Assembly (NCBI GenBank): GCA_037146775.1
Contig: JBAWWL010000005.1
Span: 102,241-166,240 of the forward strand
Source of the DNA: Candidatus Omnitrophota bacterium
GTDB taxonomy: Bacteria; Omnitrophota; Gorgyraeia; Duberdicusellales; 4484-171
Length of the DNA: 64,000 nt
Reading direction: 5' to 3'
The notes beneath the pieces were generated by a model. That model saw only the letters and a list, made by a program, of their open reading frames with translations, was not told where the DNA came from and did not search any database. Shown here piece by piece: positions 29,559 through 38,910 of the stretch (position 1 is the first letter of the stretch; the number at the start of each line of letters is the position of its first letter). The position numbers were made by a program, and so were the translations under genes.

Positions 29559-30605
29559 ATGGATGACCGTGCATTTCATATATCAAATTTTGAGTACGCC
29601 TTACCTTCCTGTTTGATCGCTCAGGAACCGGCTATGCCTCGTGATAGCTCTCGCCTTTTGATCGTTAATAGAAAAGAGCATACGATAGAAGAGGGGAGCT
29701 TTGGGGATATTGTTGCTTTTTTACACAAGGGCGACGTTTTAGTTTTGAATGATACCAGAGTGATGCGCGCAAAGCTCTTGGGTAAAAAGAAAAGCGGTGC
29801 GGTGATAGATGTTCTCCTTTTAAAAGAAAAAGATAAGAACACCTGGGAGGCGCTGGTAAAGCCAGGCAAGCGTGCCCGGATTGGAGAAACAATTCTTTTT
29901 GAGGATAACGGCCTTGCCGCTTCCGTGGTCGATACCACACCTCAGGGCGGCCGGCTTTTGCGATTTTCCTCAAGTGATGTGCCCGCGCATCTAGAGCGTT
30001 TGGGCAAGGCGCCATTACCGCCCTATATCAAAAAGGATATTGATGACGCCGATAAGTATCAAACTGTCTATGCGCGTAAACAAGGTGCGGTGGCTGCCCC
30101 GACCGCAGGCCTGCATTTTACTCCCGGCCTATTGGACGAAATTGAGAAAAAAGGCATACTTACAGTACGCATTACGCTTCATTGCGGTTTAGCTACGTTT
30201 CGGCCGGTTAAAACCGACGATATACGCAAGCACATAATAGAGCCTGAGTGGATAGAAGTTTCTTCCGAAACCGCAAAAATAGTTAATCAAGCAAAACGCG
30301 CAGGTTCGCGGATCGTTGTCGTAGGCACAACTTCCATAAGAACGTTGGAGAGTTTATCTTGTGTCGATGAACACGGGGTGGCTCTCCTTAGCCCTTTTTC
30401 GGGGGAAACTCGTCTTTATATTGTTCCCGGCTATAGTTTTAAGATGGTAGACTCGGTTATCACCAATTTTCATACTCCCCGCTCGACCAACCTTATCTTG
30501 ATTGCTTCTTTTTGCGGTCAGGATCTGTTAAAAAAAGTTTATCAGTACGCTATCAAACAAAACTTCCGTTTTTTCAGCTTTGGCGATGCCATGCTGATCG
30601 TCTAA
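29559..30605 (+). CDS. queA: SAM:tRNA ribosyltransferase-isomerase
   Basis: PLPPYI, AAPTAGLHF, TNFH, FFSFGDAM. Confidence 0.97.
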   Translation: MDDRAFHISNFEYALPSCLIAQEPAMPRDSSRLLIVNRKEHTIEEGSFGDIVAFLHKGDVLVLNDTRVMRAKLLGKKKSGAVIDVLLLKEKDKNTWEALVKPGKRARIGETILFEDNGLAASVVDTTPQGGRLLRFSSSDVPAHLERLGKAPLPPYIKKDIDDADKYQTVYARKQGAVAAPTAGLHFTPGLLDEIEKKGILTVRITLHCGLATFRPVKTDDIRKHIIEPEWIEVSSETAKIVNQAKRAGSRIVVVGTTSIRTLESLSCVDEHGVALLSPFSGETRLYIVPGYSFKMVDSVITNFHTPRSTNLILIASFCGQDLLKKVYQYAIKQNFRFFSFGDAMLIV

Positions 30606-30739
30606 TCCTTTCGTTCAAGCCAGATTTTCAAGCAAACAGGGAGATTTTAGGCGTATCGGTAAGTTACCCGCAAGGAGCATTAAGTCATAAGTCACTCATG
30701 GTGAGCGGGTTAAAGATTAAAAAAAAGACAGTTATTGCA

Positions 30740-30768
30740 TTGACGAACCGTTTTATTTCTAATATAAT
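30740..30768 (+). promoter_or_regulatory. sigma70 promoter of the EF-G paralog operon
   Basis: TTGACG-17 nt-TATAAT. Confidence 0.7.
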
Positions 30769-30874
30769 AAACATTCTACGAACAACATAACGCACCAGCC
30801 TTTTGAGGCACGCTTTTTGGGGTGAGTTGCGGCGGTGAAGGCTGTGGTGGATTTACCTACAAGGGAGGAGTGCT

Positions 30875-32884
30875 ATGCGAGAGGACCTAAATAAAAAAAA
30901 GGTTTTTCTTTTGTGTGGGCATGCTCAGTCGGGTAAGACTTCAATCTGTGAAACACTTCTTTTTAAATGTGGTGCCACCAGCCGGCTCGGTAAGATCGAC
31001 GAGGGTACCACTGTCAGTGATTACGAAGAAGACGAAAAAGAGCGCAAGAGCTCAATCAATATGTCGGTGCTTTATGCGGAATATAAAGATAATTTCTTGC
31101 AGTTTATCGATGTGCCGGGGTATCTTGATTTTATCGGTGAATTAAATTGCGCTGCCAGAGCCGTTGACTTTGCCGCCTTGGTTGTCGATGCTTCCGGCGG
31201 AGTTGAGGTGGGAACGGAAAAGGCATGGGAAATTATCAGGAAAGAAAATTTACCGTGTTTTTTTATCGTCAATAAAATCGACAAGGAAAATACCAGTTAC
31301 GAAAAAACCGTGGAAGACATTCGTAACGGTCTTACCAAAAAAGCCATACCGTTCGCTACGCCGGATAAAGGAAAGATTATCAGCGTCCTTAAAGATAAAA
31401 GTAATCCGTATTACGGACAAATTGTCGAGGCTGTTGCGGAAACCGACGATGCGCTTTTGACGAAGTATTTAGAGAAGGGTACGTTGGAGGAGCAAGAATT
31501 AATAGCAGCCCTGAAAAAGGCTGTTCTCGGTGCGCAGATTTTTCCGGTAATTCCTTTTACGGCTCTCCAGGCACAGGGTATAGATACGCTTTTAGAAACA
31601 CTTTTAGAAGATATGCCCTCGGTTGCTCAAGGCCGGCCGCGGCAGGCAAAGAATACCAAGACAAATGAGATGGTAACCATCGAACCAAAAACCAACGCCC
31701 CATTAGCCATGCAAATTTTTAAAACAGTAATTGATCCGTTTGTCGGCCAGCTGAATATTTTCAGGGTTTTTGCAGGCAAGATCGCGTCAGGCTCTGAAGT
31801 TATGAATTCTAGCAAGAAAGAAAAAGAAAAAATCAGTCAGTTGTATCTTATGCAGGGAAAACAACAAGTTCCCCAGGAAGCACTCTGCAGCGGAGATATA
31901 GGAGCGTTGGCAAAACTGAGGGTCACTACTACGCAGGATACATTCTGTGAAGTTAACAATCCGCTTGAGTTTTCGTTAATAGAATTTCCTCTTCCTTCTT
32001 TTTCTGCTTCGGTGAAGCCAAAAACGCGCCAGGATGAAGATAAAATTTCCAGCGTGCTTTCTCGTCTTACCAGCGAAGATCAAACGTTTAAGGTATCGAG
32101 AGACTCACAGACTAAAGAGCTGATTATTTCTGGTATGGGAGAACTGCACCTGCACGTTATTATTGAACGAATGAAAAGAAGATATCAGGCAAATGTTGAG
32201 CTGGGAACGCCGAAAGTCGCATACCTGGAAACAGTCACCCGTTCGATTAAAGTGCAGGGCAAACATAAGAAACAATCCGGCGGCCGCGGCCAATACGGTG
32301 ATTGCTGGATAGAAGTTGAACCTAGAGAGCGCGGTAAAGGCTTTGAGTTTGTAGATAAAATATTTGGTGGCGCTATTCCGCGTAACTTTATTCCTTCTGT
32401 TGAGAAAGGGATAGTAAAAGCGCTCGACGAAGGAATACTTGCGGGTTATCCCGTCACTGATTTGAGAGTTATCCTCGTCGACGGTTCATATCACGACGTA
32501 GACTCTTCCGATATTGCTTTTCAGATAGCCGGTTCAATGGCATTTAAGAAAGCGCTTGAGCAAGCCGGCAGCGTGCTTCTTGAGCCGATTATGAACGTTG
32601 AGATCGTTGCTCCGGAAGAATTTATGGGCCAGATTACCGGTGATATTAATGCTCGCCGCGGAAGAGTAATGGGGATGGAAGTAAAAGGCAGAAATCAAGT
32701 AGTGAAAGCCCAAGTACCCCAGGTGGAAATGTTTAAGTATGCCTCCGATCTGCGTTCGTTTACCGGCGGACGGGGGAGTTATTCGATGCATTTCTCTCAT
32801 TACGAGATTGTTCCCGGCCGCCTATCTCAGGCAATTGTTGAGGGCGCAAAGAGAGAAACCGAAAAGGTTGCGAAGGTAGAATGA
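30875..32884 (+). CDS. fusA: Elongation factor G paralog (EF-G2-like)
   Basis: GHAQSGKT, DVPGY, NKID; GMGELHL, KKQSGGRGQYG, DGSYHDVDSS. Confidence 0.9.
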   Translation: MREDLNKKKVFLLCGHAQSGKTSICETLLFKCGATSRLGKIDEGTTVSDYEEDEKERKSSINMSVLYAEYKDNFLQFIDVPGYLDFIGELNCAARAVDFAALVVDASGGVEVGTEKAWEIIRKENLPCFFIVNKIDKENTSYEKTVEDIRNGLTKKAIPFATPDKGKIISVLKDKSNPYYGQIVEAVAETDDALLTKYLEKGTLEEQELIAALKKAVLGAQIFPVIPFTALQAQGIDTLLETLLEDMPSVAQGRPRQAKNTKTNEMVTIEPKTNAPLAMQIFKTVIDPFVGQLNIFRVFAGKIASGSEVMNSSKKEKEKISQLYLMQGKQQVPQEALCSGDIGALAKLRVTTTQDTFCEVNNPLEFSLIEFPLPSFSASVKPKTRQDEDKISSVLSRLTSEDQTFKVSRDSQTKELIISGMGELHLHVIIERMKRRYQANVELGTPKVAYLETVTRSIKVQGKHKKQSGGRGQYGDCWIEVEPRERGKGFEFVDKIFGGAIPRNFIPSVEKGIVKALDEGILAGYPVTDLRVILVDGSYHDVDSSDIAFQIAGSMAFKKALEQAGSVLLEPIMNVEIVAPEEFMGQITGDINARRGRVMGMEVKGRNQVVKAQVPQVEMFKYASDLRSFTGGRGSYSMHFSHYEIVPGRLSQAIVEGAKRETEKVAKVE

Positions 32885-33570
32885 AGATAGCTACATTCGG
32901 TCTTGAGATACAACCTGGCAAATACAAATATACCTGCGAGTGTTTCGAAAAACTAGTTAAAAAGTTTTCACCGAAGAAAGAAACGCCCTATACGGTTGAA
33001 TGTGTTGGTGACGATTATGTCAAAGCCGATGCTATTGTGTTTGACAGCAATAAAAAATTGGATTTTATTTTTATCGATTTAGAAAAAATAGAAAACCGTG
33101 CCATGAGAACCGGTGAAGAGCAGGAGAAATTATTTCTTAAAAAATGCCAGGATCTGCTTGAGAAAGAGGAGCTTCTTTGCGAGCAGCAGTTTAGCGCTTC
33201 GGAGCAATCTTTTCTGAAAAATATTTCACCAGTAACATACAAGCCTTGTCTTGGGGTTCCGGCAGTCGAACATATAAATAAGCTTATCGAAGAGCTCATG
33301 CGTAAAGCCGGCGTCATACTTTTTTTTACTGCCGGAGAAAAGGAAGTCCATGCATGGGAAGTGGCGCGTGGCTCTACGATTGTTGAGGCCGCCGGTAAAA
33401 TTCATACCGACCTGGCCAGGGGTTTTATTAAGGGAGAAGTCACGCAATGCAAAGACTTGGATAAATTTTTTAATATGGCAGAGGCACGGGCTAAAGGATT
33501 CGTGAAAGTCGTTGATAAAAACTATATTATGGAAGAAGGCAATATCATTGAAATAAAATTCAGCGTCTAA
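32881..33570 (+). CDS. YchF-derived protein lacking G motifs (TGS/DUF933 domain retained)
   Basis: FFTAGEKEVHAW...AAGKIHTDLARGFIKGE...IEIKFSV; no GxxxxGKS. Confidence 0.8.
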   Translation: MKIATFGLEIQPGKYKYTCECFEKLVKKFSPKKETPYTVECVGDDYVKADAIVFDSNKKLDFIFIDLEKIENRAMRTGEEQEKLFLKKCQDLLEKEELLCEQQFSASEQSFLKNISPVTYKPCLGVPAVEHINKLIEELMRKAGVILFFTAGEKEVHAWEVARGSTIVEAAGKIHTDLARGFIKGEVTQCKDLDKFFNMAEARAKGFVKVVDKNYIMEEGNIIEIKFSV

Positions 33571-33573
33571 CGG

Positions 33574-33602
33574 CACAGATTACAAAATCTGTGTAATCAG
33601 TG
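33574..33602. repeat. GATTACACA/AATCTGTGT-type short palindromic repeat, family D
   Basis: CACAGATTACAAAATCTGTGTAATCAGTG; related to 38205-38290 and 1-38. Confidence 0.6.
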
Positions 33603-33609
33603 GTTTATT

Positions 33610-35124
33610 ATGTTAAAAATAAGAAGAGCTTTGATCAGTGTGTGGGAAAAAAAGGGTTTGGTTGAGTTCGCGCGAAAATTAGCCGAATGGAAGGTTGAGA
33701 TAATTTCTACCGGTAAAACCGCAACCATGCTGCGCTCCAGCGGCATCCCCGTTAAGGACGTATCCGCCGTTACTTCGTTTCCCGAAATTCTTTCCGGAAG
33801 AGTTAAAACTCTGCATCCAAAAATATTTGGCGGTATATTGGCGAACAAAAAACACCCTTTACACATGGAGGAGATAAAAAACCTGAGTATCCAGCCGATC
33901 GATATGACGGTAGTTAACCTGTATCCATTTATGCAAAAAATTGGTTCAAAATTGAACTTTGACGAAATGATGGAATATGTCGACATCGGCGGCTGTGCGT
34001 TGCTTCGGGCTTCGGCAAAGAATTTCAAAAATGTCGCCTGTCTCAGTTCCCCAGCGCATTATAAACTCGTACTTGAGGAGATGGAAAAAAATAAGGGCGA
34101 TATTAGCGAGGAGACACTTAAGTTTCTCGCACAAGAGGCTTTTTATGTAACCAAAGAATACGATTCCTGTATCTACAATTATTTTTCCGGCAGGGAAGTA
34201 TTGAATTGGGATTTGGAAAAGATAAATTCGCTGCGTTACGGAGAGAATCCCCATCAGACAGGAGCTCTTTATAAAACGGCCAAGGCCCAGGAATTAAAGT
34301 ATACACAGCTTCAGGGTAAAGAATTATCCTTCAATAATCTTCTTGATTTGGATACCGCCTTTATTATTGTGAGGGATTTTGTCGAGCCGGCAGTGGCTAT
34401 CGTCAAGCACGCTTCTATCTGCGGCGTGGGTGTTGACAGGCGCTTGCCGCACGCCTACAAAAAAGCCTATGTAGCCGATCCTATCTCCAGCTTCGGCGGT
34501 ATTGTCGGCATTAACAGGAAAGTTGACAAAGATACCGCCCAGCAATTTATAAAAAGCGATTTTAAGGAATGCGTGATTGCTCCTTCTTATTCTAAAGAGG
34601 CACTTAAGATTTTTTCTTCCAAGAAAAACCTGAGAGTACTCGAGGCAGATTTTCATCAGAAATTGAGTTATCAAGATATTAGGGCGACCGTTTTTGGCTA
34701 TCTCGTCCAGGACAGAGACGCTTTGCTTTTAGAAAAGGCAAGCATGAAGGTGGTTACGAAAAGAAAACCGACACAACAAGAACTTAAAGATATGTTTTTT
34801 GCCTGGAAGATTGCTAAATACGTAAAATCAAATGCTATTGTGATCGCTAAAAATGTTACTGTGTTAGGTATTGGAGGGGGGCAGCCGTCGCGAGTGGGCG
34901 CGGCGAAAATTGCTCTAGATCGTGCAGGAAAATCCTGCCGTGGGGCAGTGATTGCTTCCGATGGCTTTTTCCCAAAAGAAGATTCATTAAAAGTTGCGTA
35001 TAAAAAAGGGATCAGAGCCGTAATACAGCCAGGCGGCTCGATCAAAGACAATGACCTTATTGCGCTTTGTAATAAACTCAAAATAAGCATGGTATTTACG
35101 GGTATACGCCACTTCCGCCACTAA
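33610..35124 (+). CDS. purH: AICAR transformylase/IMP cyclohydrolase
   Basis: GRVKTLHP, LRYGENPHQ, KSNAI, IQPGGS, GIRHFRH. Confidence 0.97.
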   Translation: MLKIRRALISVWEKKGLVEFARKLAEWKVEIISTGKTATMLRSSGIPVKDVSAVTSFPEILSGRVKTLHPKIFGGILANKKHPLHMEEIKNLSIQPIDMTVVNLYPFMQKIGSKLNFDEMMEYVDIGGCALLRASAKNFKNVACLSSPAHYKLVLEEMEKNKGDISEETLKFLAQEAFYVTKEYDSCIYNYFSGREVLNWDLEKINSLRYGENPHQTGALYKTAKAQELKYTQLQGKELSFNNLLDLDTAFIIVRDFVEPAVAIVKHASICGVGVDRRLPHAYKKAYVADPISSFGGIVGINRKVDKDTAQQFIKSDFKECVIAPSYSKEALKIFSSKKNLRVLEADFHQKLSYQDIRATVFGYLVQDRDALLLEKASMKVVTKRKPTQQELKDMFFAWKIAKYVKSNAIVIAKNVTVLGIGGGQPSRVGAAKIALDRAGKSCRGAVIASDGFFPKEDSLKVAYKKGIRAVIQPGGSIKDNDLIALCNKLKISMVFTGIRHFRH

Positions 35125-35160
35125 CCCAAAAAATGCATGCTTCGCAGGCATTTTTTGGGT
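35125..35160. terminator. Hairpin after purH (half of a family B element)
   Basis: CCCAAAAAAATGC...GCATTTTTTGGG, similar to 6395-6432. Confidence 0.55.
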
Positions 35161-35240
35161 TAATCTTTCTTTTTAAAAATATCACTCTGCTATTCGGAAT
35201 AAAAAACTATCGAAACAGATTTTAAAAAGTTCCACCGTCT

Positions 35241-36593
35241 ATGAAGCCGACAAAGATACATAGTTTTTCCGACGCCCAAGCCTATCTAAACAGCTTTGTT
35301 AACTATGAGCGTAACGTTAAATTTCCTTATGCGAAAACATTAAAATTAGACCGCGTCGAAACTCTTCTCGAGCGCCTGCGTATTTCTTATCAGTCCTTGA
35401 GAGTGATCCATATTGCCGGGACAAAAGGTAAGGGCTCAACCGCGTATTTCTGTGCGCACGTATTAGCCGCTTCCGGCTTTCGTGTGGGTTTGTATACCTC
35501 GCCGCATTTTTTTAATTTTAGGGAACGGATTGTGATCAAGAAGCCTGTGTGTAGCGGCCAGAGAACGGTGGTAAAAGATACTTGTATCGCAGAAAAGGAT
35601 GTGGTGGAGATAGTGCGTGGTATGCAACCAGAGCTGGAACGCTTACGTTATAAAAAAACGTTAGGGATGTTGAGCTTCTTTGAGGTATATACCGCTATAG
35701 CCTTTACATATTTTCTTAAAAACCATCTCGACTTTGTTGTCTTAGAAACCGGCCTCGGCGGCCGCCTCGACGCCACCAATGTCGTAACGCCTTTGTGTTC
35801 CGTTATCACTCATATCGGCTATGATCATATTGATACGCTTGGCACTTCTCTGGCCAGTATCGCGCGGGAAAAAGCCGGCATTATCAAACATGCGGTCCCG
35901 GTGATTGTCGCTTCACAGAGGGTATCCGTTTATCGTCAGATTCGTAAACGCGCTCTAAAGCAAAGGACTCCGGCATTTTTTTTCGGCCGCGAGATAAAGG
36001 CAACAGAGATCCGGCTTGGGAAAAACAGCACCACTTTTAATTTTCATTATAACGGTATTGCTTTGAAAAACATAAAAATATGTCTTCGCGGAAAATATCA
36101 AATCGAGAACGCCTCTTTAGCCATAGCGTCAATTATGGTATTGCAGCAACAGGGATATGTGAGAGGTTCCGTACTTTTTCGGCAAGGGCTTCGTGATGCA
36201 TTTGTGGCGGGGAGGTTCGAGACGGTTAAAAGAAACCCTCTGATCGTTGTCGATGTCGCGCACAATCCTTCTGCGTTTACCGCTTTGGCAGAAAATCTGA
36301 AATTATATTTTCCCGCAAAAAAAATAATTCTTATTTTTGCCGCCTCCCGCGATAAAGATGTCCGGCACATGCTCGATAAAATAAAATACACACAGCTTAT
36401 CCTTACCCGTTTTTCTAACCCCAGGTCATTTACGCCGGACGAGATAAGGTCGCGATGCCGTATAAAAAATACCTTGATAGCCAGTGACGTTAAGGAGGCC
36501 TTGGGTATGGCGAGACAGTTCTGTACCCGCGAACACGCGATCGTGATTAGCGGCTCGTTGTTTTTGGTAAGTGAGGCAAAAAGAATAGTGTAG
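35241..36593 (+). CDS. folC: Folylpolyglutamate/dihydrofolate synthase
   Basis: HIAGTKGKGST, YTSPH, ETGLGGRLDATN, DVAHN. Confidence 0.95.
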   Translation: MKPTKIHSFSDAQAYLNSFVNYERNVKFPYAKTLKLDRVETLLERLRISYQSLRVIHIAGTKGKGSTAYFCAHVLAASGFRVGLYTSPHFFNFRERIVIKKPVCSGQRTVVKDTCIAEKDVVEIVRGMQPELERLRYKKTLGMLSFFEVYTAIAFTYFLKNHLDFVVLETGLGGRLDATNVVTPLCSVITHIGYDHIDTLGTSLASIAREKAGIIKHAVPVIVASQRVSVYRQIRKRALKQRTPAFFFGREIKATEIRLGKNSTTFNFHYNGIALKNIKICLRGKYQIENASLAIASIMVLQQQGYVRGSVLFRQGLRDAFVAGRFETVKRNPLIVVDVAHNPSAFTALAENLKLYFPAKKIILIFAASRDKDVRHMLDKIKYTQLILTRFSNPRSFTPDEIRSRCRIKNTLIASDVKEALGMARQFCTREHAIVISGSLFLVSEAKRIV

Positions 36594-36704
36594 CCCATAA
36601 GGCGTTCAGTCAACGATCGGTGCGCCACCAGCTTCCCATAATCCGTTTACTGTGCCGACTTTATCGATAGACTTTCTGGAGACTTTGCACTACAATACAT
36701 AGCT

Positions 36705-38147
36705 ATGTATTATGGCCAATTGAAAAATTATAATTGTAAAGACACTATTGCTGCGATTGCGACATTTCCTGCCCAGTCAGCCATAGGTATCATTAAGATT
36801 TCCGGCAAACGTGCGATCTCTATTGTGTCAGGGGTTTTTCTATCCCGGAAAAAGAAGGATCTCAAAAAAGTAAAAACATATACATTGCATTACGGCTGGA
36901 TCGTAGAGAAATTAAAAGTAAAAAATCAAAAATCAAAAAAGAACGTAATGGTCGACGAAGTTTTGGTAAGCGTAATGAAAGGGCCTCGTTCATATACCAA
37001 AGAAGATGTTGTCGAGATATCCTGTCATGGCGGGCCGGCGGTATTACAGAAAATTTTAGAAATTATAATCCAACAAGGAGCGCGGCCGGCCTCGCCGGGG
37101 GAATTTACCTACCGAGCTTTTGTAAACGGCAGAATTGACCTCTTACAGGCGGAGGCGATAGCCAGTATCGTAGAAGCAAAAACTTCACATTCGCTTGAGC
37201 CGGCGATGCAGCAGCTAAGAGGCGAGGCTTCCGTCCGTTTGCAGGAGATAAAAGAAACGATAAAAGAACTTTTTAGCCACACTCAAGCACTGCTTGATTT
37301 TCCCGAAGATAATATCACGCTGAGCGTTTCTGCTGTTACCAAGAGGCTTGTCGTGGTCAAGAAAAAGCTGGATGCCATGCTCCAGGGCGGCACACGGGCC
37401 AGGATACTTAAGGAGGGTTTACGTTGTGTTATCTGCGGTAAAACTAACGTAGGCAAGTCGACTCTTTTTAATCGCCTCTTGAACCAGGAACGCGTTATTG
37501 TCAGCCGATTACCCGGTACTACCCGGGATGTTGTCGAAGAAACTATTTCCATAAGGGGCGTTCCTTTGCGTATATATGATACTGCGGGGATCCTTGAGCC
37601 GAAAGATTTGGTTGAAAAAAAAGCTGTTGAAAAATCATCACACGCTTTCCAGGAAGCGGATATGGTGCTTTTGATGCTTGATGGTTCGCGCAAACTGCAA
37701 AAAGCCGATAGATTTCTTTTAGAAAAGATTACGCAGGCGGTAAAAGCAGATACGGGCAAAAAAGTCATCGTTATTATTAATAAAACCGATTTGCGGCAGA
37801 AATTGGTGTGTGAGAATTTAACGGGAGCTTGTGTCCGTCTGGTGCGGGTGAGTGCCTTGAGGGATAAAGGAATTAAGAGTTTAGAGAAGGCAATAGTTGA
37901 CCTTGTCTATAAAGAGGGATTAAAGAGGGACGATATTATTTTTTTAAATCAGCTGCAGCGCAGAACCCTGGAAGAAGCAAATCTCAGCATAGCCGAAGCC
38001 CTTGAATATCTACGAAAAAGTTATACGATAGATTTTGTGCAGGCATCGTTGCAACAAGCCATTGATGCCATAGGCAGGATTAGCGGCGCGATACCCAACG
38101 AGGAAATTCTCAAAGAAATATTCAGTAGATTCTGTATCGGCAAATGA
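36705..38147 (+). CDS. mnmE: tRNA modification GTPase
   Basis: DTIAAIAT, GKTNVGKS, GTTRD, DTAG, FCIGK. Confidence 0.97.
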   Translation: MYYGQLKNYNCKDTIAAIATFPAQSAIGIIKISGKRAISIVSGVFLSRKKKDLKKVKTYTLHYGWIVEKLKVKNQKSKKNVMVDEVLVSVMKGPRSYTKEDVVEISCHGGPAVLQKILEIIIQQGARPASPGEFTYRAFVNGRIDLLQAEAIASIVEAKTSHSLEPAMQQLRGEASVRLQEIKETIKELFSHTQALLDFPEDNITLSVSAVTKRLVVVKKKLDAMLQGGTRARILKEGLRCVICGKTNVGKSTLFNRLLNQERVIVSRLPGTTRDVVEETISIRGVPLRIYDTAGILEPKDLVEKKAVEKSSHAFQEADMVLLMLDGSRKLQKADRFLLEKITQAVKADTGKKVIVIINKTDLRQKLVCENLTGACVRLVRVSALRDKGIKSLEKAIVDLVYKEGLKRDDIIFLNQLQRRTLEEANLSIAEALEYLRKSYTIDFVQASLQQAIDAIGRISGAIPNEEILKEIFSRFCIGK

Positions 38148-38204
38148 GCACACAATAGACATCCCGCAAAGATCAGGATGTCTTGATTAAGAAGATTAGG
38201 GCAA

Positions 38205-38290
38205 GATTACACAGATTGTTTTAGAGAGAATCCCGCACATTTTGTTTAGAAACTCTTAATCTGTGTAATCGATTTTAAATCAGTGTAATC
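38205..38290. repeat. Family D inverted repeat
   Basis: Perfect 13-bp IR GATTACACAGATT (38205-38217)/AATCTGTGTAATC (38258-38270), plus AATCAGTGTAATC. Confidence 0.7.
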
Positions 38291-38339
38291 AGGTATAATC
38301 TTAATAAATTATACCTAAAGATTATACCAGGAGGCAAAA

Positions 38340-38897
38340 ATGGATAAGAAGAAAATTCAAAAGGGTGTAACGTTAATATTGGAAGCGGTCGGCGCGGATT
38401 TGGGAAAAAAAGATATTGGGACCACTCCGCAGCGTGTCGCTGAAATGTACGAAGAAATACTGGCCGGGCAATTTAGCAGCGCGGAAGATGAGTTGGAAGT
38501 AGTGTTGGAACAGAAGCATGACGAAATAATCCTGCTTAAAGATATACCGCTTTATTCGCTGTGTGAGCACCATCTTCTCCCTTTTATGGGTAAAGCGCAT
38601 GTTGCTTATATTCCTGATGAGCGTATAACCGGTTTAAGTAAAATTGCCAGGGTAGTGGACGTGCTTTCCAAGCGTTTACAGGTTCAGGAGCGGCTTACCA
38701 CCGAAATTGCCGACGTGATCATGAAAAAACTTAAGCCCAAAGGGGTTATGGTAGTTATAGAAGCGGAACATTTGTGTATGTCTATGCGGGGAGTGAAAAA
38801 ACCAGGAACGCTGACTACTACTTCTGTGGTCAGGGGGGTATTTCGAACCAATCAAAAAACTCGCCAGGAAACTTTAAGTTTAATCAGCACGCGCTGA
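38340..38897 (+). CDS. folE: GTP cyclohydrolase I
   Basis: [32 protein letters not shown]. Confidence 0.97.
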   Translation: MDKKKIQKGVTLILEAVGADLGKKDIGTTPQRVAEMYEEILAGQFSSAEDELEVVLEQKHDEIILLKDIPLYSLCEHHLLPFMGKAHVAYIPDERITGLSKIARVVDVLSKRLQVQERLTTEIADVIMKKLKPKGVMVVIEAEHLCMSMRGVKKPGTLTTTSVVRGVFRTNQKTRQETLSLISTR

Positions 38898-38910
38898 TAC
38901 GAGTATCGCT

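Noticed and set aside
29452-29586. N-terminal extension of the diguanylate cyclase in the ORF track
   Set aside because: Overlaps the divergent queA start; ATG 29451 is more plausible
36098-36628. Long antisense ORFs (also 60657-61250, 37283-37768, 45130-45603 and similar)
   Set aside because: Lie opposite well-supported genes and show no recognisable motifs
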